DNA of 63,269 bases, filler included. It is 5 parts of 5 records of this genome, joined end to end, with 100 filler letters (N's around TTAATTAATTAA, not from the genome) between each part and the next. Parts side by side here need not be neighbours in the genome. Positions count along the whole stretch, not along the records: positions 1 to 20,045 come from SRR31156797_26293; positions 20,146 to 29,119 come from SRR31156797_26317; 3 more parts are not named here. One strand, written 5' to 3'. Both the position numbers and the translations under genes were made by a program. Shown one piece after another: positions 19,210-29,219 of this stretch. The notes beneath the pieces were generated by a model, which saw nothing but the letters and a program-made list of their open reading frames with translations, did not search any database and was not told the DNA's origin. Within the stretch, counting starts at the first letter, position 1, and each line of letters starts with the position of its first letter.

Positions 19210-19434
19210 ATGAGCGATGCACCGACATTGTCCGGATTGGCCGTCAGTGCGACGGGACGCGAGCCGACCATCTATGGCGAGGCCCGCGAGGTCAACGCGC
19301 GGGCCCGCGTCACCCAGCGCAACGATCCACCGGCGACGCAAAAGGCGCTGTCGCGCCTCGACAATGCGCTTTCCTCGGCAGAGCCGCTGGACCGCAACGT
19401 GCCGCGCGGCTTCTATCTGAATATTCTCGCCTAG
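19210..19434 (+). CDS. Small hypothetical protein, 74 aa, ending RGFYLNILA
   Basis: Fills the gap between NUDIX and cyclase genes; shared C-terminal motif. Confidence 0.65.
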   Translation: MSDAPTLSGLAVSATGREPTIYGEAREVNARARVTQRNDPPATQKALSRLDNALSSAEPLDRNVPRGFYLNILA

Positions 19435-19444
19435 AATTTATCGG

Positions 19445-20045
19445 TTATTCCTGATCGCCCGATCCGGCGTCGGTCTTCCCGGCGGCGCCCCGGTCCATCG
19501 GCGTTTCCAGGGAATAGACGCAGGTCGGGGCCTCCCGGCCGCGCACGACGGTTTCGCCCATCAACCTGAAATCGAACCCGTCGCCGGCCGCCGTTTTCGT
19601 CTGTTCGGTGGCCAGGATGTAGGTCCCGTAGTCCTTGTTGAGCTGTTCCAGGCGGGCGGCGATGTTGACCTCGTCGCCATGCACGGTGAACAGCAGACGC
19701 TCGGCCGTGCCGACGGCGCCCGAAACGATTTCGCCGGTGTTGATGCCGCAGCGGGTTTTCATCCGGAAGTCGCCCCTGAAGACGGTTTCGGCAATCACTT
19801 TCTGGATGCCGGCGGCGGTGCGCACGGCATTGGCGGCGTGATCGGGATCGGGCCTGGCCGTATTGAAGGTGACCAGCATGGCATCGCCTTCGAACTGGGT
19901 AATGACGCCGCCATGGCGGTCGATGACGCCGGAGACGACGGCGAAATAATCGTTGAGCAGGCTGACCAGTTCGGCCGGGCTCAGCTTTTCCGAGATGCTC
20001 GAGAAGCCCTCGATATCGGAAAACAGGACGCTGGCCACCTTGACC
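19445..20045 (-). CDS. Class III adenylate/guanylate cyclase catalytic domain (5'-truncated by contig end)
   Basis: LFSDIEGFS, FEGDAM, GINTG, VHGDEVNIAARLE. Confidence 0.9.
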
Positions 20046-20145
20046 NNNNNNNNNNNNNNNNNNNNNNNNNNNNNNNNNNNNNNNNNNNNTTAATTAATTA
20101 ANNNNNNNNNNNNNNNNNNNNNNNNNNNNNNNNNNNNNNNNNNNN
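20046..20145. other. Artificial contig spacer
   Basis: N-run + TTAATTAATTAA (stops in all frames) + N-run, 100 nt. Confidence 0.99.
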
Positions 20146-20204
20146 TTGGCTCCTTTTACCCCCTGAATGGATACAGCTGTTCTATCATCCTGACTGAATT
20201 TACT

Positions 20205-20555
20205 CTATCCGATGGTGTTCTTTACAATTCCTACTAACTTTTCCGGATCGAAAGGTTTTTTTACAAAAGCAATTGCATCTTTGATAGCATGGTCGCCGTC
20301 AATTCCGCTTACCACGATGACGGGCGTGTCCCGTAGCTCCTTGTCCTGTCTCAGCTTTCGATAAAAACGAGGGCCCCACTCGCCAGGCATTTGTAGGTCG
20401 AGGGTAATCAGGTCAGGTTTTTCCTGTTTTACGACATCCAGTCCCTCCATGGTGGAAGAGGCTGTACAGGTCTCATAGCCATTGTCACTGAAAATGGCTT
20501 CCAAGTATCTTACGACAATCGGGTCGTCGTCGATAATAAGAATTCTTTTTGGCAT
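20205..20555 (-). CDS. Single-domain response regulator (DVU0259-like, Tmc-associated)
   Basis: ILIIDDD, DLQMP, KKPF receiver motifs; downstream of tmcA. Confidence 0.88.
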   Translation of the reverse strand: MPKRILIIDDDPIVVRYLEAIFSDNGYETCTASSTMEGLDVVKQEKPDLITLDLQMPGEWGPRFYRKLRQDKELRDTPVIVVSGIDGDHAIKDAIAFVKKPFDPEKLVGIVKNTIG

Positions 20556-20779
20556 AATTGACTCCTTGTTTACCGTAACCATTTACACGAAAGGTTGTGA
20601 CAGCCCCAACAACCGGCCAAGAACAATTACAGGCAAATATCTGTTCAGGGGGGGAGATGAATGGTTCAGGTCAAGGCCGCAGCGATGGCGAAACCGCAGA
20701 CGAAAAACCGCCTACGTCAAGGATTTCAGCATCGCGAGCATGTCGACCTTGGCCAAAAGATGCCGCTTTGGAACGGATT

Positions 20780-21160
20780 TTATTTGATGTGGCATTCCCC
20801 ACATAACCTCGGCCCCTTTTTCTCTTTCTCATGGCACCCTTTGCAATTGCCATGGAACGCCTTGAGGAGTGAAGGTTGACCGTCGCCTCCTTCAAGGCTG
20901 TGGCATTCCGAACAGCTCTGGTCCTCCGATGACTCATCCTCTACCTGTACGCCGTCTTCGTAAATGTGGTGACATTCAGCACAATCATCAATCCCGGCGG
21001 TTTCGTTGTGTTCGTCGTGGATGAAAACGGACGGGGTTCGCTGGGGATTGTCGAAGGCTAAGTTGTCAACGAACTCCATATCCTCTTGGGCCCAGCCAGC
21101 AGTGACGGCCAGTGCGATTCCAACCAAGAAAAACAGAGCAATCAGCAGTATGTTTCTCAT
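20780..21160 (-). CDS. tmcA: Acidic tetraheme type II cytochrome c3 TmcA
   Basis: Signal peptide, four CxxCH motifs (CAECH, CSECH, CKGCH, CGECH), acidic. Confidence 0.92.
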   Translation of the reverse strand: MRNILLIALFFLVGIALAVTAGWAQEDMEFVDNLAFDNPQRTPSVFIHDEHNETAGIDDCAECHHIYEDGVQVEDESSEDQSCSECHSLEGGDGQPSLLKAFHGNCKGCHEKEKKGPRLCGECHIK

Positions 21161-21174
21161 TTTTCCTCCCGGCC

Positions 21175-22509
21175 TTATTCGGGTTTTTCCATGACTTCGT
21201 AAATGATGTCACCGAAAAATTTGATGTCCAATCCGATTTCATAATGGTGAACAATATCGTGAAGGCCGCTGTGGCAGTTGTGACAGGGGGCGACCAGAAC
21301 CTTGGCCCCTTTGGTTTTGGCACTGAAGAGTTGCTCGGCCTTGACCCGGTTGCCTTCGATGCGGGCCATCTTAAAGGGGGGGCCCGTGTTGATTACACCA
21401 CCGCCGGCGCAGCAGCAGTAATTATGCTCTTTGTTGGGGTACATCTCCACCACATTTTCACAAAGGGCATGCGCCACGTAACGGGCCTTTTCATGCAGCC
21501 CTCCGCCTCGAACTACATTGCAGGGATCATGCAGTGTAATGGGCGGTTCATACTTTTTCTTGATCTTAATCCGCCCCTCCTTGATCAGATCGTGATAGAA
21601 TTCTATGGCATGGACGATGGTGAACGGGGGCATGGACCAGCCCAACCATCGGTTTCCCACGTCATAGACGCTACGGAAGGCGTGCCCGCATTCACCCATG
21701 ACGATTTTTTTCACTTTGAGCCGTTCGGCGGTTTCAAAGTGTGCCCGTTTGACACGCCCCATGATTTCGTTGTCCCCGGTGAACATGGCCATGTCACTGT
21801 TATCCCATCCCACGGATGCCGGCATGGTCCAGTCCACACCGGCGACATTCATGATCACGGCGGCCTGGTAGATCAATTGGGCTTGGAACTTGGGTTCAGG
21901 GGCAATGACACTGTACATGATGTCCGCCCCCTCCTTCTCCAAGGGAATGCGCAGGTTCGGGATTTCCGCCTGGGCTTCTTCTTCCTGCCATTGGAGTGTG
22001 TCGGGCCACTCGTCCCCTTTGACCCACATCTGGTTCATGGTCACAGAATGACTGTGCGCGGTGTCCTGGATATAGAGGGGCGTGACTCCCAATTTGTGGA
22101 TGATCCGACGGACAACAAGCATCAGGTAGGCGATATCGATCCCAAAGGGGCAATACTGGGCGCAGCGTTTGCAAAGATTGCATTGGGTATGGGCGATAAT
22201 GGCAGCCTTGCGGATGAATTCCGGACTGACCCGTCCCTTCTTTTTCAACATCTCCCAAATGGTTTGCTTGACTTTCCCCACAGGAGAGTACTTAGGGTCA
22301 TTGTCATGGGAAAGGTAGTAGTGACAGGCCTCCGAGCAGAGGCCGCAGTGAATGCAAGTGTCAACGTAGGTTTTCAGGCGAGCGCCGGTTTCGGCGTCGA
22401 TGACACCGTTGATCACCGCTTGAATTTTTTCTTCAGTGAGACGGGATACGCCGACGTCGATTCCTACATCGACGACGTCGCTTTTTTCTTTTTTAGATGG
22501 TTCCGCCAT
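21175..22509 (-). CDS. tmcB: Fe-S/CCG-domain subunit TmcB (HdrD/DsrK-like)
   Basis: CIHCGLCSEAC, CNLCKRCAQYCP, ECGH, HDPC, CCCAGGG, CHNC. Confidence 0.92.
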   Translation of the reverse strand: MAEPSKKEKSDVVDVGIDVGVSRLTEEKIQAVINGVIDAETGARLKTYVDTCIHCGLCSEACHYYLSHDNDPKYSPVGKVKQTIWEMLKKKGRVSPEFIRKAAIIAHTQCNLCKRCAQYCPFGIDIAYLMLVVRRIIHKLGVTPLYIQDTAHSHSVTMNQMWVKGDEWPDTLQWQEEEAQAEIPNLRIPLEKEGADIMYSVIAPEPKFQAQLIYQAAVIMNVAGVDWTMPASVGWDNSDMAMFTGDNEIMGRVKRAHFETAERLKVKKIVMGECGHAFRSVYDVGNRWLGWSMPPFTIVHAIEFYHDLIKEGRIKIKKKYEPPITLHDPCNVVRGGGLHEKARYVAHALCENVVEMYPNKEHNYCCCAGGGVINTGPPFKMARIEGNRVKAEQLFSAKTKGAKVLVAPCHNCHSGLHDIVHHYEIGLDIKFFGDIIYEVMEKPE

Positions 22510-22556
22510 TTCGAGAACTCCTTTTCAGGTGCCAGAATTGTTGTGCAACGTTAGTG

Positions 22557-23216
22557 TTACCAATCCCGCGCATGCCTTACACCGCCGAACTCGGATCCCA
22601 TGTAGGCGCGTGTGAAAGGCGAGAAGATCATGTGACTGAGCCTTGTAAAAGGGATGGCAGCCAGCATGATGTTGCCGGCCAACACATGCAGACACATCAT
22701 CAACGGGTAGGCAAACCATTGATGAAAGGCCAGAAAACCGGTGACAAAGGGTGCGGCAACGATGGCCAGAATGACGTAGTCTGACGCAGAGGTGACGTAT
22801 TGGACCTCTGGCTGGGTAAGTCTCCGAATAAGGAAATAGATGGCACCCAGTATAACGATGACGGTCATTACATCGGCCAGGCCATCGGGAAGTGTCCACC
22901 AGCTGATGGAGAAGGATTCATCCCACAAAATGACATGGGATAGCAGAAAAACAGGGGTTATCATCAGACAAATGTGGAACGCGAAGGTTACCAGTGTCAG
23001 GATCGGTTGGCGTCTCCAATTGACCGTTGCGAAAGGGATCATCCAGTGAAAAATGGATCGGAGGCTGTATCGCCAGCTCATGTAAGAAAAGATGAATTTC
23101 TCTTTTTTGTTTACCAGGATGAGCATGCTTACAATACGATAGAGGCTACCCCCGAAAAAGAGGAGAAATGCGATCCAGGTCAGCGGACCGCTGACAAAAT
23201 CATAGAAAGTATACAT
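22557..23216 (-). CDS. tmcC: Membrane cytochrome b TmcC (NarI-like)
   Basis: Several TM helices, FHICL and IPFTRLSHM; synteny with other tmc genes. Confidence 0.9.
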   Translation of the reverse strand: MYTFYDFVSGPLTWIAFLLFFGGSLYRIVSMLILVNKKEKFIFSYMSWRYSLRSIFHWMIPFATVNWRRQPILTLVTFAFHICLMITPVFLLSHVILWDESFSISWWTLPDGLADVMTVIVILGAIYFLIRRLTQPEVQYVTSASDYVILAIVAAPFVTGFLAFHQWFAYPLMMCLHVLAGNIMLAAIPFTRLSHMIFSPFTRAYMGSEFGGVRHARDW

Positions 23217-23225
23217 GGTTTTCTC

Positions 23226-24491
23226 CTAACCGGTGATGGTAGAAACAGGTATGATGCGTCGGATGTAATTTCCATCCTTTACCATACGCAACATCAGTCG
23301 GGTTCCGTCGGGGCTGAAGACCGGATCCCATGCGGCACCGCAGGTTTCGGACCAGACGTGATCGTTAACTGCATAAGTGTATTGGCCATCTCTTTCAACC
23401 TTGGCGGCTACATCGGAGCTGTTTGGACTGAAAACCGGCTTCCATATCATGTCCCACTTTTCAGACCAGATCGTACCGTCCACGACCACCCGAAAGGTCT
23501 CGTCGTCTTTTCCCAAAGCGGCAATCCGCTGTCCATCCGGGCTGAAAACGACATCCGTCACCAGTTTGGAGAAGGTCGTCTGCCAGGGGATCCCGTCCAC
23601 TGCCACGGTCCATTGGCCGTAACTGGGGGCAACGATGGCAGCCAGCCGATTTGCATCGGGGCTGAACAACTGATGCCAGGCCTGGACAAAAGAGCGATCC
23701 CAGAGGGGGGTTCCGTTTTCGGCAAGGGTCCATTGCCCTTTTTCCCGCACAGGGGCCACCACCGTACCCGTTTTCGGATTGAAGGTTGGCTCCCATACCG
23801 TCGTATAACGGGTGTCCCAAGGCACACCGTCCACAGCGATGGTGTATTCATACAGATTGAGCCTGACTTCAGCAGCCAGGTGCCTTCCATCCGGGCTGAT
23901 GGCGAGGTTCCAGACATTGACGAAACGTGAATCCCACGCAACACCGTCCATTGCGGCGGAAAAGGCCCCCTCCTGGAATTTGTGAACTTCCCCGGAGTCA
24001 ACGCTTTCCATTTGAACGGCACCGGCGGTGTGCTGACCATCCGGGCTCAAGACAAAATAGGTCATGTTTGTGAAATATTGGTCCCATGGGGTTCCGTTGA
24101 GAACCATGGCATACTGCATGTCCTGCTGAACGGCTGCGGCAATAGTGGTGCCATCTGCACTGAAGCGAGGCTCCCAAAGATACCCGAACTTGTTTTCCCA
24201 CGCCTGTCCGTCAACGGCCATGGTCCATTCCCCCATCTCGGACACAATGGCGGTGAGCCTTCCATCGGGAGAATAGCGCAGGTTCCAGATTTTATCGAAA
24301 ACGTCTTTCCCCCATGGCTGGCCATTGACGCAGACATTGAATTCACCCTCATCTACATTGACAATGGCGGCTATTTTTTCACCGTCAGGGCTGACATACG
24401 GTTCTTCCACCCATTGGTATTCATCTTTCCAGGTCTCAAGGGGGACCTTTTTTTCACCGGTCTCCCAATCCCAGTCTCTGGAATCAACCAT
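23226..24491 (-). CDS. tmcD: Trp-rich beta-propeller subunit TmcD
   Basis: WDW start, repeated SPDG...VDG.PW units. Confidence 0.9.
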   Translation of the reverse strand: MVDSRDWDWETGEKKVPLETWKDEYQWVEEPYVSPDGEKIAAIVNVDEGEFNVCVNGQPWGKDVFDKIWNLRYSPDGRLTAIVSEMGEWTMAVDGQAWENKFGYLWEPRFSADGTTIAAAVQQDMQYAMVLNGTPWDQYFTNMTYFVLSPDGQHTAGAVQMESVDSGEVHKFQEGAFSAAMDGVAWDSRFVNVWNLAISPDGRHLAAEVRLNLYEYTIAVDGVPWDTRYTTVWEPTFNPKTGTVVAPVREKGQWTLAENGTPLWDRSFVQAWHQLFSPDANRLAAIVAPSYGQWTVAVDGIPWQTTFSKLVTDVVFSPDGQRIAALGKDDETFRVVVDGTIWSEKWDMIWKPVFSPNSSDVAAKVERDGQYTYAVNDHVWSETCGAAWDPVFSPDGTRLMLRMVKDGNYIRRIIPVSTITG

Positions 24492-24609
24492 CGTGCCTCC
24501 TCATTTATTATTAAAGATGAATTGGTGTGCAGAAATGAATCTATTTTCTATACTGATTCGAACGTAAAATCGCAAGCCTGTTTTTTGCAACCATGCGCAA
24601 AAAAAATGG

Positions 24610-24730
24610 TGGATCTCTGCAACGCATTTTTAACGGCAGTTGCCAATGTTTCTATGGAAAAGGGCTTTTTCACGTATTCGCCGGCACCCAACCGCCGAGC
24701 CTCTCTAACATGAATGTTTTCCGAAAAATC
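24610..24730 (-). pseudogene. C-terminal remnant of a receiver domain (hybrid-kinase type)
   Basis: FSENIHVREARRLGAGEYVKKPFSIETLATAVKNAL begins at the agmatinase stop; no N-terminal half. Confidence 0.6.
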
Positions 24731-25529
24731 AGTCGAAAAATCGTGAGGCGATCTCTTTAAGAAGCTTGGCCGCAACCATTGCCGTCATATTCTGATAATC
24801 ACGGTACGGGTTATATTCTACGATGTCAGCGCCAATCAGTGTACCTTGAAACGATTGTACAACACGAATGAGTTCTCGAGTCGTCATTCCTCCCGGTTCA
24901 TGGTGAGAGACACCAGGTGCAAACGCCGGGTCCAGGACATCCAAATCCAGGGACAGATAAACAGGCCCCTCGAATGAAATGGTCCTATTTGGATCAAAAG
25001 TGGCCATATCCACAATCTCCACACCATACCGCTCCTTCTGTTTACGCAAATGGCCGGTCATGGATCGAATGCCCACCGACACCAATCGTTTGGCAAGTCC
25101 TTCCTCCATAATCCTTGCAAACGGACAGGCGTGGGAAAATCTGTCACCTTCGAATGAGTCGTACAAATCGGGGTGTGCGTCGAAATGAAGTATATTCAGG
25201 TCCGGTATCGACTGCGAAAGCCCCTTGACTAGTGGGTAGGTGACGGCATGGTCACCACCGATAAAAATCGGCATAATTCCATTGGCTGAAATGGAGGCAG
25301 CCTCTCTTTGGATCTCTTCTATAACCTTGCCTCCGAGGGACAGGGGCATGTTTCCCCGGTATGAGATCCGTTCCCTATCGCCCAGGTTGATCCCCCTTTC
25401 AGTCCAGGGATTCGTCGAATCGCTGAAAAGGGCACTCCATATTTTGTCGGGAGCATCCGAACAGCCGTGCATAAAAGTTGATTTCTCATCCCACGGAACG
25501 CCGATCACCTCAATTTTGCTCTTCTGCAT
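24729..25529 (-). CDS. speB: Agmatinase/ureohydrolase family protein
   Basis: GGDH, DAHPD, SHACPF, DLDVLDPAFAPG, EPGG, DIVEYNP. Confidence 0.88.
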   Translation of the reverse strand: MQKSKIEVIGVPWDEKSTFMHGCSDAPDKIWSALFSDSTNPWTERGINLGDRERISYRGNMPLSLGGKVIEEIQREAASISANGIMPIFIGGDHAVTYPLVKGLSQSIPDLNILHFDAHPDLYDSFEGDRFSHACPFARIMEEGLAKRLVSVGIRSMTGHLRKQKERYGVEIVDMATFDPNRTISFEGPVYLSLDLDVLDPAFAPGVSHHEPGGMTTRELIRVVQSFQGTLIGADIVEYNPYRDYQNMTAMVAAKLLKEIASRFFD

Positions 25530-25741
25530 GGTTTTTTATCCTCATCACAATTATGGCTGCAATAACTATTTGCATGCAATCAAAATATGGTCTAAATGAC
25601 AACTTAATTCCCTCAACCAACGGAATTGCTGAAGCTGGCCTCGCTGGCCTTGCCTTTCAGTGCTTGGCTGGCACTGATCCTGGATCGTTGAAAATCCGAT
25701 GATAAAAAAAATGAGGCGGATGGGCCTTCCCAGCAGCGGGG

Positions 25742-25840
25742 ATGTTATCGGGTCTTTTTCAGATTTTGTTGGGTTGTTTTCAGATCGGGGCTCTTACGAA
25801 GTATGTTCCCTCCCCTGTTATTTCTGGTTTTTTTACCGGT
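25742..25840 (+). pseudogene. Internal fragment of a SulP/SLC26 anion permease
   Basis: LSGLFQILLGCFQIGALTKYVPSPVISGFFTG resembles the conserved SulP segment; only ~33 codons remain. Confidence 0.65.
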
Positions 25841-26322
25841 AACGACGTGGACAAAGGTGACATCGGGCAAAACCTGGACCTGCGTCCTGCATGTCGGCAA
25901 TCTTGCGCATCATCCTGTCAGCTCGCTGTTCCGCAGGGCCTGACCTGCCATCGGCGGTTTGGGAGTGATGCGTGCACCCTGGCGCAACCCGTCAACAATG
26001 GTATCCTGCTCATCGCCGGCCAGGCCGGGAAGGGCATAGGGCATGCCCCATAGCGGATATTTCTTTTTAAACGCCTCAACGTCCTCTGCCTCAGTGCAAA
26101 TATATTCGTGGTCGAGGCGAAAATCGAAGGTCTCCGGCAACAGGTCGCTCTGGGGCAGGGGGCGTCCTAACAGCTGTGTCAGACACTGCAGCGACGCTCC
26201 CAAATGGGTTGTACATCCTTCTCCCTTAAGAGGCTTTGGGATCCCGCCCCGGCCCTGATTGAAGGCGACACTGTAAAGATCAAACTGAATAGGAATGGGA
26301 TAATGCGTTTAGTGGATCTCAT
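25830..26322 (-). pseudogene. cti: Decayed fatty acid cis/trans isomerase gene
   Basis: Signal peptide then KDVQPIWERRCSV*HSC*DAPC (CxxCH broken by stops), then LPETFDF..PLWGMPYALPGL, then QVLPDVTFVHV in other frames. Confidence 0.8.
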
Positions 26323-26611
26323 TGGCGGTCTACTGTGAAATTGCCTGTTGCGTGTTGTGCTCAGCATGGATTCTAAACGGCAAGAGGAGCATACCCTGTG
26401 AATGTTTACCAAGCTTCTATGTGGCTTTTCACCTTCGTTTAGCAAAAGTCGTTGGTGACGATACCCTGTTTTTTCCCACGCAGCGGTTTGAAGGGCATTT
26501 TTCTGATATAATCACCCCCTTTGTCATCATCAAAGCTTGCGAATCCTGATGAATATCGATATCGAGAAAGCCTGACGATAATTTCCCTTAACGAAGGATT
26601 GTGTCCGTTCA

Positions 26612-29119
26612 ATGACAGACAGTGATATCAGAAAAATTCCCTTTAACTATACATCCGCCGATGATGGGCAGGTGTTGCGACTGCTGCTCGGTGACGAAGG
26701 ATATTCCCGGCTCCAAAAAAGCCGGTTGCTAAAAAACGCGGGATCGGCACAACATCCTTTAATGCGTTTTTTCGGCGATATATTCATGCTGTGGCGAAAC
26801 CCTTTTGTAAGAAATGATCTGATTGTCGACCCTCACTATCACCGTCTGTTTTTCGGCGCGATTCGGGATGAATTGGAGATGGTGAATCAGTCGGTTGCAG
26901 GCAATTTACACAGTGGTCCGGCGATTGGCGACTGCCTTCGCTTGCTTGATGAGACCGATACCGCCATCACCACCTTACGAAAGGATCAGGAACGGATTTA
27001 TCGGAAACTGGCACCTGTTATAGGAAAGAAAAACATCTTCACCGATCCGTTCACACTCAACGCCCACGTGACCGATGCCACCAACTGGCGATTTCAACAA
27101 CCCATAGCGGTTGTTCGGCCCACCAAAGAAGAGCAGGTCGCCCGTCTGGTGCAGGTACTGGTCGATCAACAGTTCAACATCATCCCCAGAGGGGGGGGAA
27201 CCGGTCTCACGGGTGGCAGTGTGCCCTTGGACAGTCGATGTGTCATCGTCAACACCGAGCAGCTCAATCGGATTCATGGAATCGAAAGTGTGGAGATTGA
27301 GGACTCCGATGGAAAGAGCTGCACCGCTTCTGTGATTCATCTGGAGGCCGGTGTGATTACCGATGCGGCCATGACATTTGCAAAAAATGAGGGATTGGTC
27401 TTCGCAACGGACCCCACCAGCGCATGGGCCTGCACCATCGGCGGAAATATTGCGGAAAATGCAGGGGGGAAAACGGCAGTTCTTTGGGGAACGGCCATCG
27501 ACAATCTCTTCTCATTTTCCATTGCCATGCCGAACGGCAGAATTTATTCGGTCAGGCGTTGCAACCACTCCCTGCGCAGGATTCTTCCGGAAGATGAGCT
27601 TTTCTTCGATGTGGTGGACGATTGCGGTGAAGCCATTCGCCAGGTGCGTCTGAGCGGTCTTGAACTCCGGAAAAAGGGGCTGGGAAAAGATATTACCAAC
27701 AAGGCCCTTTCCGGACTGCCCGGCATTCAAAAAGAGGGGACCGACGGGATCATTACTTCGGCGCGATTTCTTCTTCACCGCGCCTATCCGGAAAAGGCAA
27801 CCTGCTGTCTGGAGTTTTTCGGTTCGGACATGGATGAGGCCAGTCGAGCCATTGCCGCCATTTGCGACGAATTTGTAAACCGTGGGGAAGAAGCGCTGAT
27901 GGCCTTGGAGCACTTCGATGATGCCTATGTCAGGGCCATCGGTTATAAAGTCAAAGCGCCGCGTCAGGATCTGCCCAAGGCTGTGCTGCTGATAGATGTG
28001 GTAGGCCACCAGCCTTTTCAGGTCCAGCGTGGGATCGATCGTCTCAAAGGGCTATTAACTGATTATATCAACACCCATCTATTTGTTGCGGAAAACAAGC
28101 AGGAGGCGCAGCGTTTCTGGCGGGACCGTAAACGCCTGGGGGCCATTGCCGCCCGGACCGAATCGTTCAAACTCAACGAGGACATTGTACTGCCGATCAC
28201 AGCGTTGGCGGATTTTTCCCGTTTCGCAGATGATATCAATGCCGAAGAGCAGCGGGAAAATCAATTGTCACTGGTTTTCCGCCTGGGGACTCATCTGGAG
28301 ACGGCCCAGCCTTTAGAGGATCCCGAGTGGATGGCTGCCAAAAGACCGGCGGCCAAGGCCTTATTTATGGAGGCATTGGACCGGATCCGATTGTCAGGGA
28401 ATCATCATCTGCAGGAGGAGACCCACATTCGCCGGCTCAAGGATGAATTGAACGAGCTTTTCAGTGGATATGTGAAAATTAATCATGAGATCGAGGAAAT
28501 TTATACCGATACCCGTTCCCGCCTGATTGTCATCGCCACCCACATGCATGCCGGCGACGGAAACATTCATGTGAACATTCCGGTTTTTTCCAATGATCGT
28601 GAGATGATGATTCGTGCTGCCGAGACCGCTGATATGGTCATGGCCAAAGCTGTGGAACTCGGTGGCGTCGTCAGCGGTGAGCACGGTATCGGATTTACCA
28701 AGTTCAAATATCTTGGAGATGAGCGTGTTTCGGACCTGAGGAAATATCGTCGTCAGGTTGATCCAAACGGCACCATGAATCCTGGCAAACTGGACGATGG
28801 ACGCGCATCGGAATTGGTATTTGCACCCTCTTTCAATCTCCTGGAGTTGGAAGCAGGCATATTGCGGTACGGCGAACTGGAAGAGCTGGCGGAACGGATT
28901 TCCGGCTGTGTCCGGTGTGGCCGTTGCAAAACGCCCTGCTGTGTATTTCATCCCAAGGAAAATTTGTTTTATCATCCGCGGAACAAGAACCTTGCCGTGA
29001 CCGCTTTGATTGAGGCGATCCTTTACGAAACCCAGCGATTTCGTTCCACTGAGTTCAATGCCTTGAAATATCTGGGCCAGGTGGCGGACCATTGCACCAT
29101 CTGCCATAAATGCCAGCCG
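26612..29119 (+). CDS. DUF3683/FAD-linked oxidase (GlcD-like) + Fe-S oxidoreductase, 3'-truncated
   Basis: RKIPFNYTS start, PRGGGTGLTGG, DPTSAWACTIGGN, HMHAGDGNIH, SGEHGIG, CVRCGRC. Confidence 0.88.
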
Positions 29120-29219
29120 NNNNNNNNNNNNNNNNNNNNNNNNNNNNNNNNNNNNNNNNNNNNTTAATTAATTAANNNNNNNNNNNNNNNNNNNNNNNNN
29201 NNNNNNNNNNNNNNNNNNN
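29120..29219. other. Artificial contig spacer
   Basis: N-run + TTAATTAATTAA + N-run. Confidence 0.99.

Noticed and set aside
20570-20595. Rex-like operator upstream of the Tmc-associated regulator
   Set aside because: Only one half-site (TTCGTG) matches; dyad symmetry is poor
23226-24491. Recurring DNA motifs within tmcD
   Set aside because: They reflect beta-propeller protein repeats, not a CRISPR array or tandem repeat
1-24491. Functional link between the ccm operon and the Tmc cytochrome
   Set aside because: They lie on different contigs from apparently different organisms
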